Below are positions 39,101 to 47,801 of a DNA stretch of 64,000 nt, in pieces. Within the stretch, counting starts at the first letter, position 1. Each line of letters opens with the position of its first letter. The notes beneath the pieces were generated by a model. That model was not told the origin of the DNA, did no database searches, and worked only from the letters and a program-made list of their open reading frames with translations. The stretch comes from a virus, in the IMG/VR virus record IMGVR_UViG_3300045988_039373, positions 22,795 to 86,794 of that record, one strand, 5' to 3'. The translations under genes were made by a program, and so were the position numbers.

Positions 39101-39320
39101 GTTCTTCGATGCCATCAAGTTTAGCCTTCAACTCATCGGTAAAATCATTTTTCGATAAGTCGTATCCTTCTTTCTTATCTACCTTATTCTTGATAGAAAG
39201 TACGAAGGCCCAGAACTCATTTATAGTTCCCCCAAAGCCAGCACGAACAAAGTCATCATAGTAACCCTGTAACAACCGCTGGTCAATCTCTTCGCAGGTG
39301 TAATATTTACTTACATACAT
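33156..39320 (-). CDS. Giant (2054 aa) coiled-coil fibre protein with a C-terminal S74-type intramolecular chaperone domain
   Basis: Three copies of a ~91-aa module containing LDTLKELAEALGNDPNFA (phage fibre repeat). Six copies of T-x-x-AGVMTAxDKxKLD. Contains NPHTVTKTQVGLGNVNNTSDADKPVS, and SSDERLKSNIKPL opens the S74 chaperone domain. Confidence 0.85.
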   Translation of the reverse strand: MYVSKYYTCEEIDQRLLQGYYDDFVRAGFGGTINEFWAFVLSIKNKVDKKEGYDLSKNDFTDELKAKLDGIEEHANYITKVSQLENDLKYQTEEEVKQMISDLVDGADDALDTLKELAEALGNDPNFATTITNKLTDLRTALTEEVNRAKEAEAALGAAVAAVQDNLEYGLDQINKKIDTVKADLKAEIDRVEKKVDKNAEDIKDLEDKVNQGNGELEKELKDLIQKEKDERIAADNEIKESVNDLKTLHINDKASLESKIAEETANRTNADTVLDSKINEEITNRQADTLALQGKIDQEKVDRHSEDQVLHNEISKEVTDRTNADNALQGNIDKEVQARTVADQVLQNNIDSEATTRAAQDLVLEHKIEDVKEQGVEDKEQLLNAIAAEAAAREKGDKDLDTKKVDKREGYSLTKNDFTDILKAKLDGIEEKANYITHLSQLINDSGFQTEEEVNAAIQKIIGSAPEVLDTLKEIADALGNDPNFAATITKKLAAITEQVNQEIEDRIAGDEANSAEVAAEVQARKDADTALETKLKEYVDNKSAIGDAALGVVKDNLNKEIQDRKDADAAIQSSLDKEIAERKTADEAYTQSLANVNQRISDLALSMQESINTLRNELTEQVNANTTAIATNQHSIERNSEAITNLTKTVGDNYKEVKDMINEEIIDRTNADSALSSRIDTLNIDLNTESVERKAADQVLQVNLDKEVADRTAADKALSTEFTAKLDNTKQALESEVGNINTKLEQEKENRIAGDNALGVRIDSLEAGNTDAMNELKAKVNANTTAINAEKDRAIAKETSLEAKIDTNLQNHKDDMAGINKDILTEKNDRLAGDTLLQTNIDKESTERANQDTLISNAVAQEKADRIAADQAMDDKKVDKVDGKVLSSNDFTDLLYAKLDGIEEHANYITKVSQLLNDSDFQNAEQVEAAIQKIIGSAPEVLDTLAEIAKALGDDPNFAATMTAKLTELENKLEAEKNLREQGDNTLQQSFTNLSNTLTTTVNELRTFVSETRTELLTSLNATNALVTQNTANIQRNLELIQGIQDNINGNYTAITDLLNNEIAARKAEDIRLEAKIDQNTSDLNTEREERKAADKVLQDNIDAEEAARIAADTALGKRIDKEIQDRTDADTALDNKFTNITDDHEERLEAEEGTSDALPDTMVTDVSTVTRTDTQLSFKVKTSTKDKANNQYGEEVEATKNLLPVTQTLAGVMSAADKVKLDGLDPNSLTDLSAASDANKVTVTVTKDNGLNADTTETFDLPQVSATKAGTMTAKDKVELDRISTANFALGAVTPNETTVGIAATKTVVEDGTVEQNPITLPASTTEKAGVQTAADKKLFDSIPDNIIILSGDKPVEVGQQSSHVTLTHNFSSKKEEGIYTHEPEDYKTTYIPAATTEKAGVMTAQDKVNLDETLPNAIAQEVQDRKDAIEALDGKSEAALAQEVADRKAADTALDTKFTKAVNDEATARTSADTALGARIDKEIADRTAADTTLETKLQNNINTLEAKHDAFVATKGKADGFAPLDGKGLVPANHLPSYVDDVLEVYATYDVSPTGGLTNVQLYTDAGHQTPVVGESGKIYINVADGEPPYQFRWSGTKFVDSNTSSLIIGEIAGTAFEGSRGKHLEDVVSSMPKNLISKVSIANKNKRNVIILCNYSATDGQGHYIDKPDGMVIPLTPATTQEAGLMDADSVIKLNQTLPDAIEAEQEARIAKDNAHDTFNSSLPGIILTGFTLTHNSTNVRATLNNKTKSAEGKTYEGATDLIRDILAATKTTAGVMTAADKTNLDNTVQGLANEITNRTNAINALRTELKTYVDDLIADTGSDVTALETKVNNHIANKSNPHTVTKTQVGLGNVNNTSDADKPVSTAQATAIADAKAAGTTAQTSINSHAGRKDNPHTVTRAQLGLATTDQVVFAKTTAPSGFWKESSDERLKSNIKPLTHTLEQICSIPTESFIMDGKEDEGTIAQGLEAAGFNHYVEEDPRTKDSVPNPEEFETVVIDGEEYVLVKQVKYHKMSTLAIEGIKLLYEEIKALKAEISELRNLKDVD
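33159..33534 (-). other. Peptidase_S74-like auto-cleaving chaperone domain of the fibre
   Basis: ESSDERLKSNIKPLTHTLEQICSIPTESF... The Ser-Asp-Glu-Arg-Leu-Lys start is encoded at 33511-33534. Confidence 0.7.
36414..36686 (-). repeat. Fibre internal repeat, copy 3 (offset 2499 nt from copy 1)
   Basis: KVDKVDGKVLSSNDFTDLLYAKLDGIEEHANYITKVSQL...LDTLAEIAKALGDDPNFAATMT. Confidence 0.8.
37836..38108 (-). repeat. Fibre internal repeat, copy 2 (offset 1077 nt from copy 1)
   Basis: KVDKREGYSLTKNDFTDILKAKLDGIEEKANYITHLSQL...LDTLKEIADALGNDPNFAATIT. Confidence 0.8.
38913..39185 (-). repeat. Fibre internal repeat, copy 1 (aa 46-136)
   Basis: KVDKKEGYDLSKNDFTDELKAKLDGIEEHANYITKVSQL...LDTLKELAEALGNDPNFATTIT. 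Confidence 0.8.
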
Positions 39321-39331
39321 ATTTATAAAAT

Positions 39332-39757
39332 TTAAGGATTAATTACTGAACGTTGACGACCCAGTAAGAATTCCGAATCTATATCCCTGAATGGTTCTCC
39401 CTCTGAACCACAGAAGGCATTCATTGGTATATTCGGATTTTCTGGATCTACATCTCCACCGTCTTCTATATCCCCCCGAATACAAGCATAATCAGGAAGC
39501 TTATTTACACGGAATTTCATTACCTGGCCTATACCAGGATGAGGTATTATTTTATCCCAGATATCACCGAAGTAATCTTGAAAGCAGGTGACAAATTTGT
39601 TTCCGGTCATTGATTGAAATGCCGTTACATCATTGCCATTACCTTTCATTTCAATATGAACTCCAGATGTACCATTAAGGATAACCAGATTACTATCAAA
39701 CCAGATTCCACTGGAAGTAGTAATTGGGGTCCACCTCAGTACTAACATCTTTGCCAT
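39332..39757 (-). CDS. Hypothetical virion-module protein (141 aa)
   Basis: ATG verified. Position only. Confidence 0.5.
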   Translation of the reverse strand: MAKMLVLRWTPITTSSGIWFDSNLVILNGTSGVHIEMKGNGNDVTAFQSMTGNKFVTCFQDYFGDIWDKIIPHPGIGQVMKFRVNKLPDYACIRGDIEDGGDVDPENPNIPMNAFCGSEGEPFRDIDSEFLLGRQRSVINP

Positions 39758-39769
39758 ACACTTAATGTT

Positions 39770-40246
39770 TTATTCTACAAATTCAATTTTGGTATCTCGG
39801 TCTCTCTTTAGGATAACCATGAAAACTAGGGCCTCATCCTTTGCCTGAGCAGTCTGAGTATCTCCAGAAGGCTTATACGTTATACCATTAATTACAAACC
39901 TATCTTGTTCCCAATTAAAATCCCAATAACCCTCCGGTGTAAGATAACCGATTTGTTCTATATAAGATTTAGAAATTAGTATTGATAAGTTTTCGTCATC
40001 CAATTCTCCTGAGACGGTTGCCTTGTTGATAGGCCAGTTTCTGAAAGCATTGTAGTAACACAATGCTTCGATTTGGATGTTATAATATTTAGGTATACTG
40101 TCTTCGGCATGACTGAGAAGCTGATTAACATGTTTGGCCCAAGTTATGGTTTGTCTACCAGCATCCCAATCTAAGAAGTCAGTGATAATTTTCTTGTATC
40201 TATCCCAAGAGCGGTTCTTTACCATTCTCCAGGGTTCTTTTGTCAT
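39770..40246 (-). CDS. Hypothetical virion-module protein (158 aa)
   Basis: ATG verified. Position only. Confidence 0.5.
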   Translation of the reverse strand: MTKEPWRMVKNRSWDRYKKIITDFLDWDAGRQTITWAKHVNQLLSHAEDSIPKYYNIQIEALCYYNAFRNWPINKATVSGELDDENLSILISKSYIEQIGYLTPEGYWDFNWEQDRFVINGITYKPSGDTQTAQAKDEALVFMVILKRDRDTKIEFVE

Positions 40247-41139
40247 AACTTAGTTAAGATTGATTTCTTACCACCTTTTACTGGAGCACTTGGGTTGGGT
40301 CCATCTAATACTCCAGGTTGCCTTCTGTTAACTACTTTAGGAACTACGGTTCTGAATACTTCATCACAGAATGGTAAGTAGATTTCCAATCGTGAAGCTA
40401 ACATACAAAGGTTCTTTCTTAATTCATCTATTAATCCACCTGGTTGCATTGCTTGAGAAAGTGTTTTCCATAGGGAACTTGTAGCATCTGCCAAGGTATC
40501 ATAATATTGCACTTCAGTAGGCCCAGTAGTGATTTGTTTAATCCTATCACCTCGGGCAAGTTCGGGTTTAGAAGTACCATCACCAGTTTGTTCTTTGGTA
40601 GAAGTTAATTGACTTAAGTATTCGGAAGTACTCGTTAATAGATTAAGTATCTTCACATTGAGAAAATCCCAGGCAGCCAATTCCATTATTAATTGGTTTT
40701 CTAGTGCTTCATACCATAATTCATCCGTATACTTATCTGGTGCAATTGTATGGTTTACTAGAGGTCCAATGTAATATTGCCACTTAGTGATGTAAATAGA
40801 TTTCTCTTCCCTGGTCATCCCATCGGATATTTCTGAAGGGATATAATGGTCGATTAAGTTATATATTGTATCGGCTAATGCCGTATGCCCATAATCACAA
40901 ACTACCAGAGTCTTATCTACGGTGATATCTAAACCGCTAGAGTTAGTTACATGTAATGTTACGGTATAGAAACCGGGAGTTTCATAAGAATAGGAAACAT
41001 GTCTTCCACCATTGAAAACCTCTCCCTTATCATCGCCAAAGTCCCAGTCAAAAATAGATTTGGCCGGGACTTTGGATATGACTCTGAATGAAACTTCCAG
41101 ACCTGACGTAACGTACAAAAAGTCCAGATTGTTATTCAT
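40243..41139 (-). CDS. PKD-domain protein (298 aa)
   Basis: FDWDFGDDKGEVFNGGRHVSYSYETPGFYTVTLHVTNSSG is a canonical PKD signature. Confidence 0.65.
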   Translation of the reverse strand: MNNNLDFLYVTSGLEVSFRVISKVPAKSIFDWDFGDDKGEVFNGGRHVSYSYETPGFYTVTLHVTNSSGLDITVDKTLVVCDYGHTALADTIYNLIDHYIPSEISDGMTREEKSIYITKWQYYIGPLVNHTIAPDKYTDELWYEALENQLIMELAAWDFLNVKILNLLTSTSEYLSQLTSTKEQTGDGTSKPELARGDRIKQITTGPTEVQYYDTLADATSSLWKTLSQAMQPGGLIDELRKNLCMLASRLEIYLPFCDEVFRTVVPKVVNRRQPGVLDGPNPSAPVKGGKKSILTKL

Positions 41140-41168
41140 ATTAGTCTGTCTTATGTAATTTTCATAGA

Positions 41169-41570
41169 TTACCCTTTAGAAGAGGATTCGAATTCTTCCA
41201 GCAAAGCCTGAAGAATTGTTTCTACTGTATCATCTTTCTCGGCAACGATTTCATGAAGACCTGCTACCAGTTTCAGTTCTTCCAGGGAATAGCCCTTTGC
41301 AAGTTTTTCAAGAGTCATGCCTTTCTTGAACTGAGCATTCAGTCTCTTATCCAACTTTTCGATGTCGGCCTCTGAATACTTTTCGATTTCTGATTTATCA
41401 GCAATGATAATCAGATGGCCAGAGGCAATTGCCTTCTGAATCTTTGGTGCACGGAATTGACGACGAGAGAGTTCCTTGTCTTCTCCTCTACAAACGGTAA
41501 TACCAGTTGATTGGTCATGAAAACTGTAAGCTCTTGGTCCCACAGTTACTGTATATTTATCTTTAGCCAT
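41169..41570 (-). CDS. Hypothetical protein downstream of the MCP (133 aa)
   Basis: ATG verified. Lies after the MCP terminator hairpin. Confidence 0.5.
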   Translation of the reverse strand: MAKDKYTVTVGPRAYSFHDQSTGITVCRGEDKELSRRQFRAPKIQKAIASGHLIIIADKSEIEKYSEADIEKLDKRLNAQFKKGMTLEKLAKGYSLEELKLVAGLHEIVAEKDDTVETILQALLEEFESSSKG

Positions 41571-41597
41571 ATTTCCTAAGATTTAAAAATGATTAAA

Positions 41598-41635
41598 GAG
41601 AGGATAGGTCTTTTTTTTTAGTTACCTACCCTCTC
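41598..41635 (-). terminator. Hairpin after the major capsid gene
   Basis: 12-bp stem GAGAGGATAGGT / ACCTACCCTCTC with one mismatch and a T-rich loop. Confidence 0.55.
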
Positions 41636-41670
41636 AGGGAATTTATATAGATGAAACCGTACGTCCCTTA

Positions 41671-42792
41671 TTATTCTAGGTTAACCATCAAATATGGGTC
41701 TACGTTCATGAACTCGGGGAAGCCGAATTCTGAGAACTTCTTGTCAGCAGCCAGCAACAGAGTTGCATCCTGGTACATCTTAGAGAAGCCAGTAGTCAAG
41801 CTTGCATAGATTGCCTGAGTCTGGTTAGAAACGATTCTTTCAGATTCAAGCATCAACTGACGAGCAGTAAGCTTAATCAAGGCAGCAGATGTATCAATCA
41901 ACAGCAACTGTTGGTCGGGTGTACCCGGGTGAATGTAGAAGTCAGCATTCTTGGGAACAGGAGACTTAACATTCAGGGTAGCTTCTGTAGTACCAGAGTG
42001 ACGATCCTTGAATTCCGGCAAGTTCAGCATTTCGATTGCCTGGTCTTCACCACCAATCATAGTTTGGAAGTTACGTCCCATACGAGCAGCACGTACCCAA
42101 ATATGCAGAAGGTCTTTGTAAGTGATACCATTAGTTGTTTCGTATACACCGATTACCGGGGCAGACTCAGAGCCATCAGGGTTGTTACCATTGATAGCAA
42201 CGTCCATAGCCAGAGTATCCAGAGCATAACCCAACTGAACGCCAAAATCACGAAGGTAGATTCCCAAGACATCGAGCGAAACATAGTTACGAACTTCATC
42301 AGTAAGTTTGAAACCTTTTCCGATTTTGAAGAGGCTAACTGATTTCTGTCCGAAGCTAACATCACCCAATGGGATAGTTTCTGCCTCATTAACCTTTGCA
42401 GGGGCAGCATCCGACATGTTAACCATCGGCATGATTGCTTGTAAACCATTGATTGGTTGGTCAGATGCAATGATATTTGGATAGAACGGAGCCTGGCGCA
42501 TACCCAATGTGATAGCAGCACGGATGATTTCCGGAACAATCCAACGAATATTCTGTTGGGGCATTGTAAAGATGTTCTGCATCGTGTCCACTTTTGGATT
42601 GATGCCCATCTTTTCAAAAAGTTCATCTTCTGAAATACCCCATTTACCGGTAACCAATTCTCCAAAAGTTACCTCTACAGGCTTCTTGTCCTGTGAACCG
42701 GAACGAACAGCTTCCAAGCTTCTTACCATTTCCGGCAGCTCATTCATAAAATCCTGAGCCTTCAACTTTGTAATATCTATTTTATTTTCCAT
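41671..42792 (-). CDS. Major capsid protein (HK97-fold expected)
   Basis: 373 aa, downstream of the protease/scaffold gene and a small decoration-like gene, and followed by a hairpin. Call is from position and size. Confidence 0.7.
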   Translation of the reverse strand: MENKIDITKLKAQDFMNELPEMVRSLEAVRSGSQDKKPVEVTFGELVTGKWGISEDELFEKMGINPKVDTMQNIFTMPQQNIRWIVPEIIRAAITLGMRQAPFYPNIIASDQPINGLQAIMPMVNMSDAAPAKVNEAETIPLGDVSFGQKSVSLFKIGKGFKLTDEVRNYVSLDVLGIYLRDFGVQLGYALDTLAMDVAINGNNPDGSESAPVIGVYETTNGITYKDLLHIWVRAARMGRNFQTMIGGEDQAIEMLNLPEFKDRHSGTTEATLNVKSPVPKNADFYIHPGTPDQQLLLIDTSAALIKLTARQLMLESERIVSNQTQAIYASLTTGFSKMYQDATLLLAADKKFSEFGFPEFMNVDPYLMVNLE

Positions 42793-42805
42793 AACTTCTT
42801 TTCTC

Positions 42806-43276
42806 TTATTTGATGAGTACTTGAATTACCTCATTTGCCTCTTCTGCTGGATTAAGGGCAATGAACTGGGTTGAAGTTGCTTGGTTAGCTTTTACGAATC
42901 TATCGTTAAGCAATTCTCCATCGGGAGTTACATAGCCAGCTTCGATATTTTCGTTTGATACCCAGTTACAAATCATGTAACCTTCCATAGCTACTGTTAC
43001 CTCTACCGGGAAATTTCTTTGAGGTTGATAAGCAGGGTTAACGTTATCCGTTACTGCTACACCCAAATAAACTTGAGTAGCTACATCAGTGCAAGGGTAA
43101 ATCAAACCTTCTTCATTCAAAGCTACTGGCATACCCTGTACGATTTTCTCTCCAGCTTTAACATTGAAAGCCTGGTGCAATTTGTGTGACTCACTTTTGT
43201 AAATCACCGCTCTCGGGGTTCTTTCCCCAAAGAGAGTAAGTTGCTGAGGGTCGTTTACGATTTTAGTTTTTTCCAT
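42806..43276 (-). CDS. Small capsid-associated protein (decoration / DUF2190-like position)
   Basis: 156 aa, between the protease/scaffold gene and the MCP. Confidence 0.4.
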   Translation of the reverse strand: MEKTKIVNDPQQLTLFGERTPRAVIYKSESHKLHQAFNVKAGEKIVQGMPVALNEEGLIYPCTDVATQVYLGVAVTDNVNPAYQPQRNFPVEVTVAMEGYMICNWVSNENIEAGYVTPDGELLNDRFVKANQATSTQFIALNPAEEANEVIQVLIK

Positions 43277-43297
43277 AACGCGGATTATTTATATTAG

Positions 43298-44812
43298 TTA
43301 TTTGATTTTGTTTCGATACAAGTTATCGATTACATTCTTAGTACTCGGAGATTCTGAATTCCGTTGGGTATCAGTACCCTGGGTTCCAGTTTTACCCTCG
43401 GTATCATCCTCAGCAATTGAGGAAGCACGGTTGACGTCCTTAGAACCACATTTTGAGCAAGTGAGAGGGAACTTCTCTTCCAAGCGAGCTTGGTAATCCT
43501 TTGTCAAGGAAACAAGAGTAGTAATACCAGTAGTCTCGGCATTGAGCATCGTAACGATTGTCTCATCTACCTTATCACCCATCAACTTCTTGTAAGTTTC
43601 TACGGCATTTTCACGGAGAGAAGCAATGTGATTCTTTCCTACAGTTGCCATTTCCTTCAAGTTAGCTACTTCAGCATTCAAGTTGGTAATCTGTTCCGTA
43701 AGAGAAGTTTTCTCTGTAGTAAGATTATCTACCGAAGTTTGCAATTCGTTTCTGGATGATACCAAAGTCTGAATGCAGGCAATTACATTTTCCTGATTCA
43801 TCTCTTTACCTTCTTCCAGGGTAAGCATGTTATCCCCAAAAAGGCTTTCAAGAAATTTTTGTAATTCGTTCATGTTATCTTTATTTGAATGATTATCATT
43901 GGCATCATTATCATTAAAAGAACCCTGAGTATCGTTCTTTTCTTGATATGATGTTAAATCTGATTTATAATCAGTAAAGAAGTATTGCTTCGATTTATCA
44001 TCTCTATACTCTTCATAGGATGCCCAAGTTCTTTTGGCAAAGGTTGGGTTAATGATTTTACCATCCGAGCCAATTTTCTGGGCAAATGAATCAGCACCAT
44101 GTGAAACTAGTGAGGTCTCAAGGTAACGAACAATTTCAGTAACCATTCTACGTACCATAACTCCCTTAGAGTCATAAGTACCCAGTTTCTGATAAAATTC
44201 GTTATCTTCCATTTGGGGATGGGATTTATCCCACTTAAATTGTACAGTAACTGAATTACTATGAATTGAAGGTGGCTCCATAAGGATGCCTCTAGCAATT
44301 CTTGGGTTTGCCTTACCATCGATTTTCAGAATACCGTTGATACCAGCGGGTATAGTAAAGCTACCGTCTTTATAGGATTCCTGCCACATTACTTGTGATA
44401 CAGCACCAATAGCATTACCAATGTTGGTTTCATGGTCACAGTTTACTGTTTGACCAAGCAACATCTTCATAGAAGCCTTTAGTACTCCGTTCTGTCCAAA
44501 GTCTGTCGGGTTCCAATTCTTAGATACAATCGTTTCTGAAAGTAATCTGAACATTGGTTCGATAAACTCTTCGTCCTTAGGAGTTAGTTCCGATTTGTCT
44601 AGGTTGGGATAGTAAGTATTATAATCTATATCCCCTCCCCAAAACCCAAATTGAGCAATGGAATCCGGTGTAGGATTTTTCCATTTGTAATAATTCTCTG
44701 AGAAAGCCTTGGCTCCCACTGCTTCTGGGATATACCCAGCCATAATGGTATGGCCTTGACCTATCACCATAGAATCAAGATGCTCTTTGTTTTTCTTTGT
44801 AAATTTACTCAT
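43298..44812 (-). CDS. Prohead protease fused to a coiled-coil scaffold-like C-terminal half
   Basis: Lies after the portal gene. The N-terminal half has VNCDHETNIGNAIG and SIHSNSVTV. The C-terminal half is a heptad-rich coiled coil plus CSKCGSKD. Confidence 0.55.
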   Translation of the reverse strand: MSKFTKKNKEHLDSMVIGQGHTIMAGYIPEAVGAKAFSENYYKWKNPTPDSIAQFGFWGGDIDYNTYYPNLDKSELTPKDEEFIEPMFRLLSETIVSKNWNPTDFGQNGVLKASMKMLLGQTVNCDHETNIGNAIGAVSQVMWQESYKDGSFTIPAGINGILKIDGKANPRIARGILMEPPSIHSNSVTVQFKWDKSHPQMEDNEFYQKLGTYDSKGVMVRRMVTEIVRYLETSLVSHGADSFAQKIGSDGKIINPTFAKRTWASYEEYRDDKSKQYFFTDYKSDLTSYQEKNDTQGSFNDNDANDNHSNKDNMNELQKFLESLFGDNMLTLEEGKEMNQENVIACIQTLVSSRNELQTSVDNLTTEKTSLTEQITNLNAEVANLKEMATVGKNHIASLRENAVETYKKLMGDKVDETIVTMLNAETTGITTLVSLTKDYQARLEEKFPLTCSKCGSKDVNRASSIAEDDTEGKTGTQGTDTQRNSESPSTKNVIDNLYRNKIK

Positions 44813-46299
44813 CTTGCTTTAGTATTTTGGTCTCCTCGAGAAGGAGCCGGGTTATTCTTATCTCTTGACCTACGAGCAGATTGGTTTTTATCATCTTGCC
44901 TTTGTTTCTTCTTAGTTCCTTCTTGTGGGTCTATATTACCTCCCTTAGCAAATTGGTCCTCAAGTGAAACTCTTGGTTCTTTCTCATCAGGAGAATCATA
45001 ACCCATTGCCCAAGCATATTGCTCTTGACTAATGATACCAGCCTTATACAATAAGTCAAGGTTCTGTATCTTATACTGAAGACCTTGTTGGATTTTAACT
45101 TCATCAGAAACTGTAGAAGTTCCCCAATCAATCTTCATCCCCTTATTATTAAAGCCTGCCAGACGCAGTTCTAGAGAATAAAGTCGGTCTAATACATAAG
45201 CTACAAGCATTTGGATATTTTTTAACTGGCTAATCATCTTAGACAGCATTATACCAGTTGCACCTTCACCAGTAGTAGATGATACCCCAATGATAGAGCC
45301 ATTAACTCCCAACCCATTTGCTACAGATTGTTGGTTCATATTCCAAGGCTTCTCGATATTACCGAGCTCCTTAGTAGTAGAATTTAGTTTGAATTCATGG
45401 TCATCTATGTAACCAGCAACTACCCCATCCTTCATACCCTCTTTAACATTACGTTTAAGGATATTGAGTTCATGGTATAATCTGGATTCATAAGATTTGA
45501 TACTCTCATTTGGCCTTTGTGGAGATTTCTGCATCTTAGCTTCTAAGAAACCAACCATACCACAAATCTCCATGATATGTTTGAAGTTAATCTTCATATC
45601 ATTTTGTCCTTTGAGAGAATCCAATGCAGGCATAAATGGAGGAACTCCATAAGGTTCATCGGTATCATTGAACATACCAACATAGAAGTAGGTTTCTGGG
45701 TTAAGCTTAATGTAATCTTGTTGCTTAACAAAGAAATTTATATTCTTTTGGTAAGGAGCATACACCCCATTTAATTCACGTTTAAACTTGATATGCTCTG
45801 GCTTAAGGAATAATACAGTAGCCAAACCATCAAGCTTGTCATTTGGTACGCCTTCTACAGATATTGCCCCACTTACAAGAAGTTGAACAATCATTTTGTT
45901 AACTAAACCATCTATACCAGCAGTATATCTGGTCCATCCCTTGGTGGCTTTCTTAAGATGTTCTCTCATCTTTGAAGCCTCTTCATCGGTATTATTAGGG
46001 AAAGTTACTGTATGACTGGTGTTAGCTAACTTAAACATATCTTGCAATGCGATGCCCATATCAGGATTTACTTTATATAAATCCCGAATTAAAGGTATCA
46101 CATCAACACGAAAAGAGGGTTCAACTAATTTAGTCAACCCTTGTAATGATGTAATTAAGTTATCGCTATCATCGTCAACTGAAACCCTACCAGGCGAAAT
46201 CGATGTGGCAGGCTTCTCCTCTTTATTAGAGGATGTACCATTCTTGGGAGGGTCCTTCTTACGTCCCCAACCCCAACTAAAATTGAAGTACTTTTTCAT
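44809..46299 (-). CDS. Portal protein
   Basis: 496 aa, immediately downstream of TerL. Basic C-terminal tail. Confidence 0.75.
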   Translation of the reverse strand: MKKYFNFSWGWGRKKDPPKNGTSSNKEEKPATSISPGRVSVDDDSDNLITSLQGLTKLVEPSFRVDVIPLIRDLYKVNPDMGIALQDMFKLANTSHTVTFPNNTDEEASKMREHLKKATKGWTRYTAGIDGLVNKMIVQLLVSGAISVEGVPNDKLDGLATVLFLKPEHIKFKRELNGVYAPYQKNINFFVKQQDYIKLNPETYFYVGMFNDTDEPYGVPPFMPALDSLKGQNDMKINFKHIMEICGMVGFLEAKMQKSPQRPNESIKSYESRLYHELNILKRNVKEGMKDGVVAGYIDDHEFKLNSTTKELGNIEKPWNMNQQSVANGLGVNGSIIGVSSTTGEGATGIMLSKMISQLKNIQMLVAYVLDRLYSLELRLAGFNNKGMKIDWGTSTVSDEVKIQQGLQYKIQNLDLLYKAGIISQEQYAWAMGYDSPDEKEPRVSLEDQFAKGGNIDPQEGTKKKQRQDDKNQSARRSRDKNNPAPSRGDQNTKAR

Positions 46300-47798
46300 C
46301 TTGGTTGTACGATTACGTTAGTTTTTCCTTTCCTTATGTGATTACATATTGCTTTTCCAAAGATATCATCATCGGCATATACATCTCCTTCAAGGTCTAC
46401 ATCTACAGCTGAATTGTTAGCCCTATGTTTACCCATTGCAACAGGTCTACCTAAACCATCATAAATGAAGGTATAAGCTTCTTGTACAAAGAATGGGTCC
46501 TTAATGATTACGTGATCTAATCGAATATCTTCTTCCAAGTTTTCTATTATCACTGAACGATTCTTTTGGGTGGTTAACCAACCAGGGGATTTATCCATTT
46601 CAGGTCTACTTTTACCTTTTTTCTTCAGCATCTTCTGGTAGTAGTAAAGGTTAGGGTAGCCTTCATCTTGAAGCTTAGAAGTTACTGATAAACCAACGTC
46701 ATTGGATTCTGGAGCTATTACTGCCCAGTTAAACAACTTCCCAGTATCACCAAGTAACTTAGCATAAGCTCCCACTGCCATTCTTCCCTTATATACTACT
46801 TGTTCTTCTCCTAGCTTATCCATACAAGTAAATGAAGAGTAGTCAGAAGCTCTACCAGTTGAAACGTCTGCACCAATGAAATATTCTTTATCTGATTCGG
46901 GTTCACAGAATTGTCGGTATTGACCATTAAATCTCTTCTTAATAACTGGGTAATCACTAAGGCAGTCTTCGATAGCTTTAATATCGGCTAAGTCGAAGAC
47001 TGTATTACCAGATGATAAGAAGTCACCATCAATTTCTTGTGCAGTTCGTTTTGCTCCCAAAGCAGAAGACATTTGGTTATACCAATTGATATCTCGTTCT
47101 GGGTGCATTTGCCAGTATAATCGAATTGGGTTAAAAGGATTACCTCCTGCAATGGCATCTACCCAAGTTGAGTGATAGAAATTACCAACTCCATAGGGAG
47201 TGGAATTGACGATGGCAGCTCCACCAGTGGAAAGAGTAGGGAATGCAGCAGCCCAAATTTGAGCAGCCCATCTTACTACTGCTGCCTCGTCAATTACCAG
47301 AAGAGAAAGGGATTCCGAACGACCGGCTTCGGATGATGTCGGAATTGATTCAATAAATGACCCATTATCAAATTCTATCATGGAAGCAGAACCGTATTCT
47401 CCAGCTCTACCATTGATTATGGGAGTTTGAAGGTACCATGGAAGATTCTTGTACATGAACTTAATCTTCTTAAGCACCTTCTTAGCAGTTGTGTCTTTGA
47501 TAGAGATAATGTTTATCTTTTTGTTGGGATGGTACATCGCCAACCAAAGACAGTACATTGAAATAAGTTCTGTAATTCCTGCCTGACGGAACTTGAGAAT
47601 GATATTGAATCGTTGGGCAATGAAATTGTAGAGAACTGATTTCTGAAATGGGTATAAATCAAATCTTACCTTTCCTCTTACTGGATGTATCACATAGCAA
47701 AAAAGGCTAAAAAAGAAAACATCACTAGAAACTCGGGATAGGTTTGATAGCTCCTCCCGAGTTAATGTAGTTCTAGTTTCTGAGATAGTCTTTGCCAT
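46296..47798 (-). CDS. terL: Terminase large subunit
   Basis: Walker A-like FRQAGITELIS, Walker B LLVIDEAAV, and a C-terminal nuclease Asp block IGADVSTGRASDYS. Confidence 0.85.
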   Translation of the reverse strand: MAKTISETRTTLTREELSNLSRVSSDVFFFSLFCYVIHPVRGKVRFDLYPFQKSVLYNFIAQRFNIILKFRQAGITELISMYCLWLAMYHPNKKINIISIKDTTAKKVLKKIKFMYKNLPWYLQTPIINGRAGEYGSASMIEFDNGSFIESIPTSSEAGRSESLSLLVIDEAAVVRWAAQIWAAAFPTLSTGGAAIVNSTPYGVGNFYHSTWVDAIAGGNPFNPIRLYWQMHPERDINWYNQMSSALGAKRTAQEIDGDFLSSGNTVFDLADIKAIEDCLSDYPVIKKRFNGQYRQFCEPESDKEYFIGADVSTGRASDYSSFTCMDKLGEEQVVYKGRMAVGAYAKLLGDTGKLFNWAVIAPESNDVGLSVTSKLQDEGYPNLYYYQKMLKKKGKSRPEMDKSPGWLTTQKNRSVIIENLEEDIRLDHVIIKDPFFVQEAYTFIYDGLGRPVAMGKHRANNSAVDVDLEGDVYADDDIFGKAICNHIRKGKTNVIVQPR

Positions 47799-47801
47799 TA
47801 C

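Noticed and set aside
41911-42665. 143-aa (+) and 170-aa (-) ORFs inside the major capsid gene
   Set aside because: These are alternative-frame shadow ORFs of a well-supported long CDS, with no independent start context.
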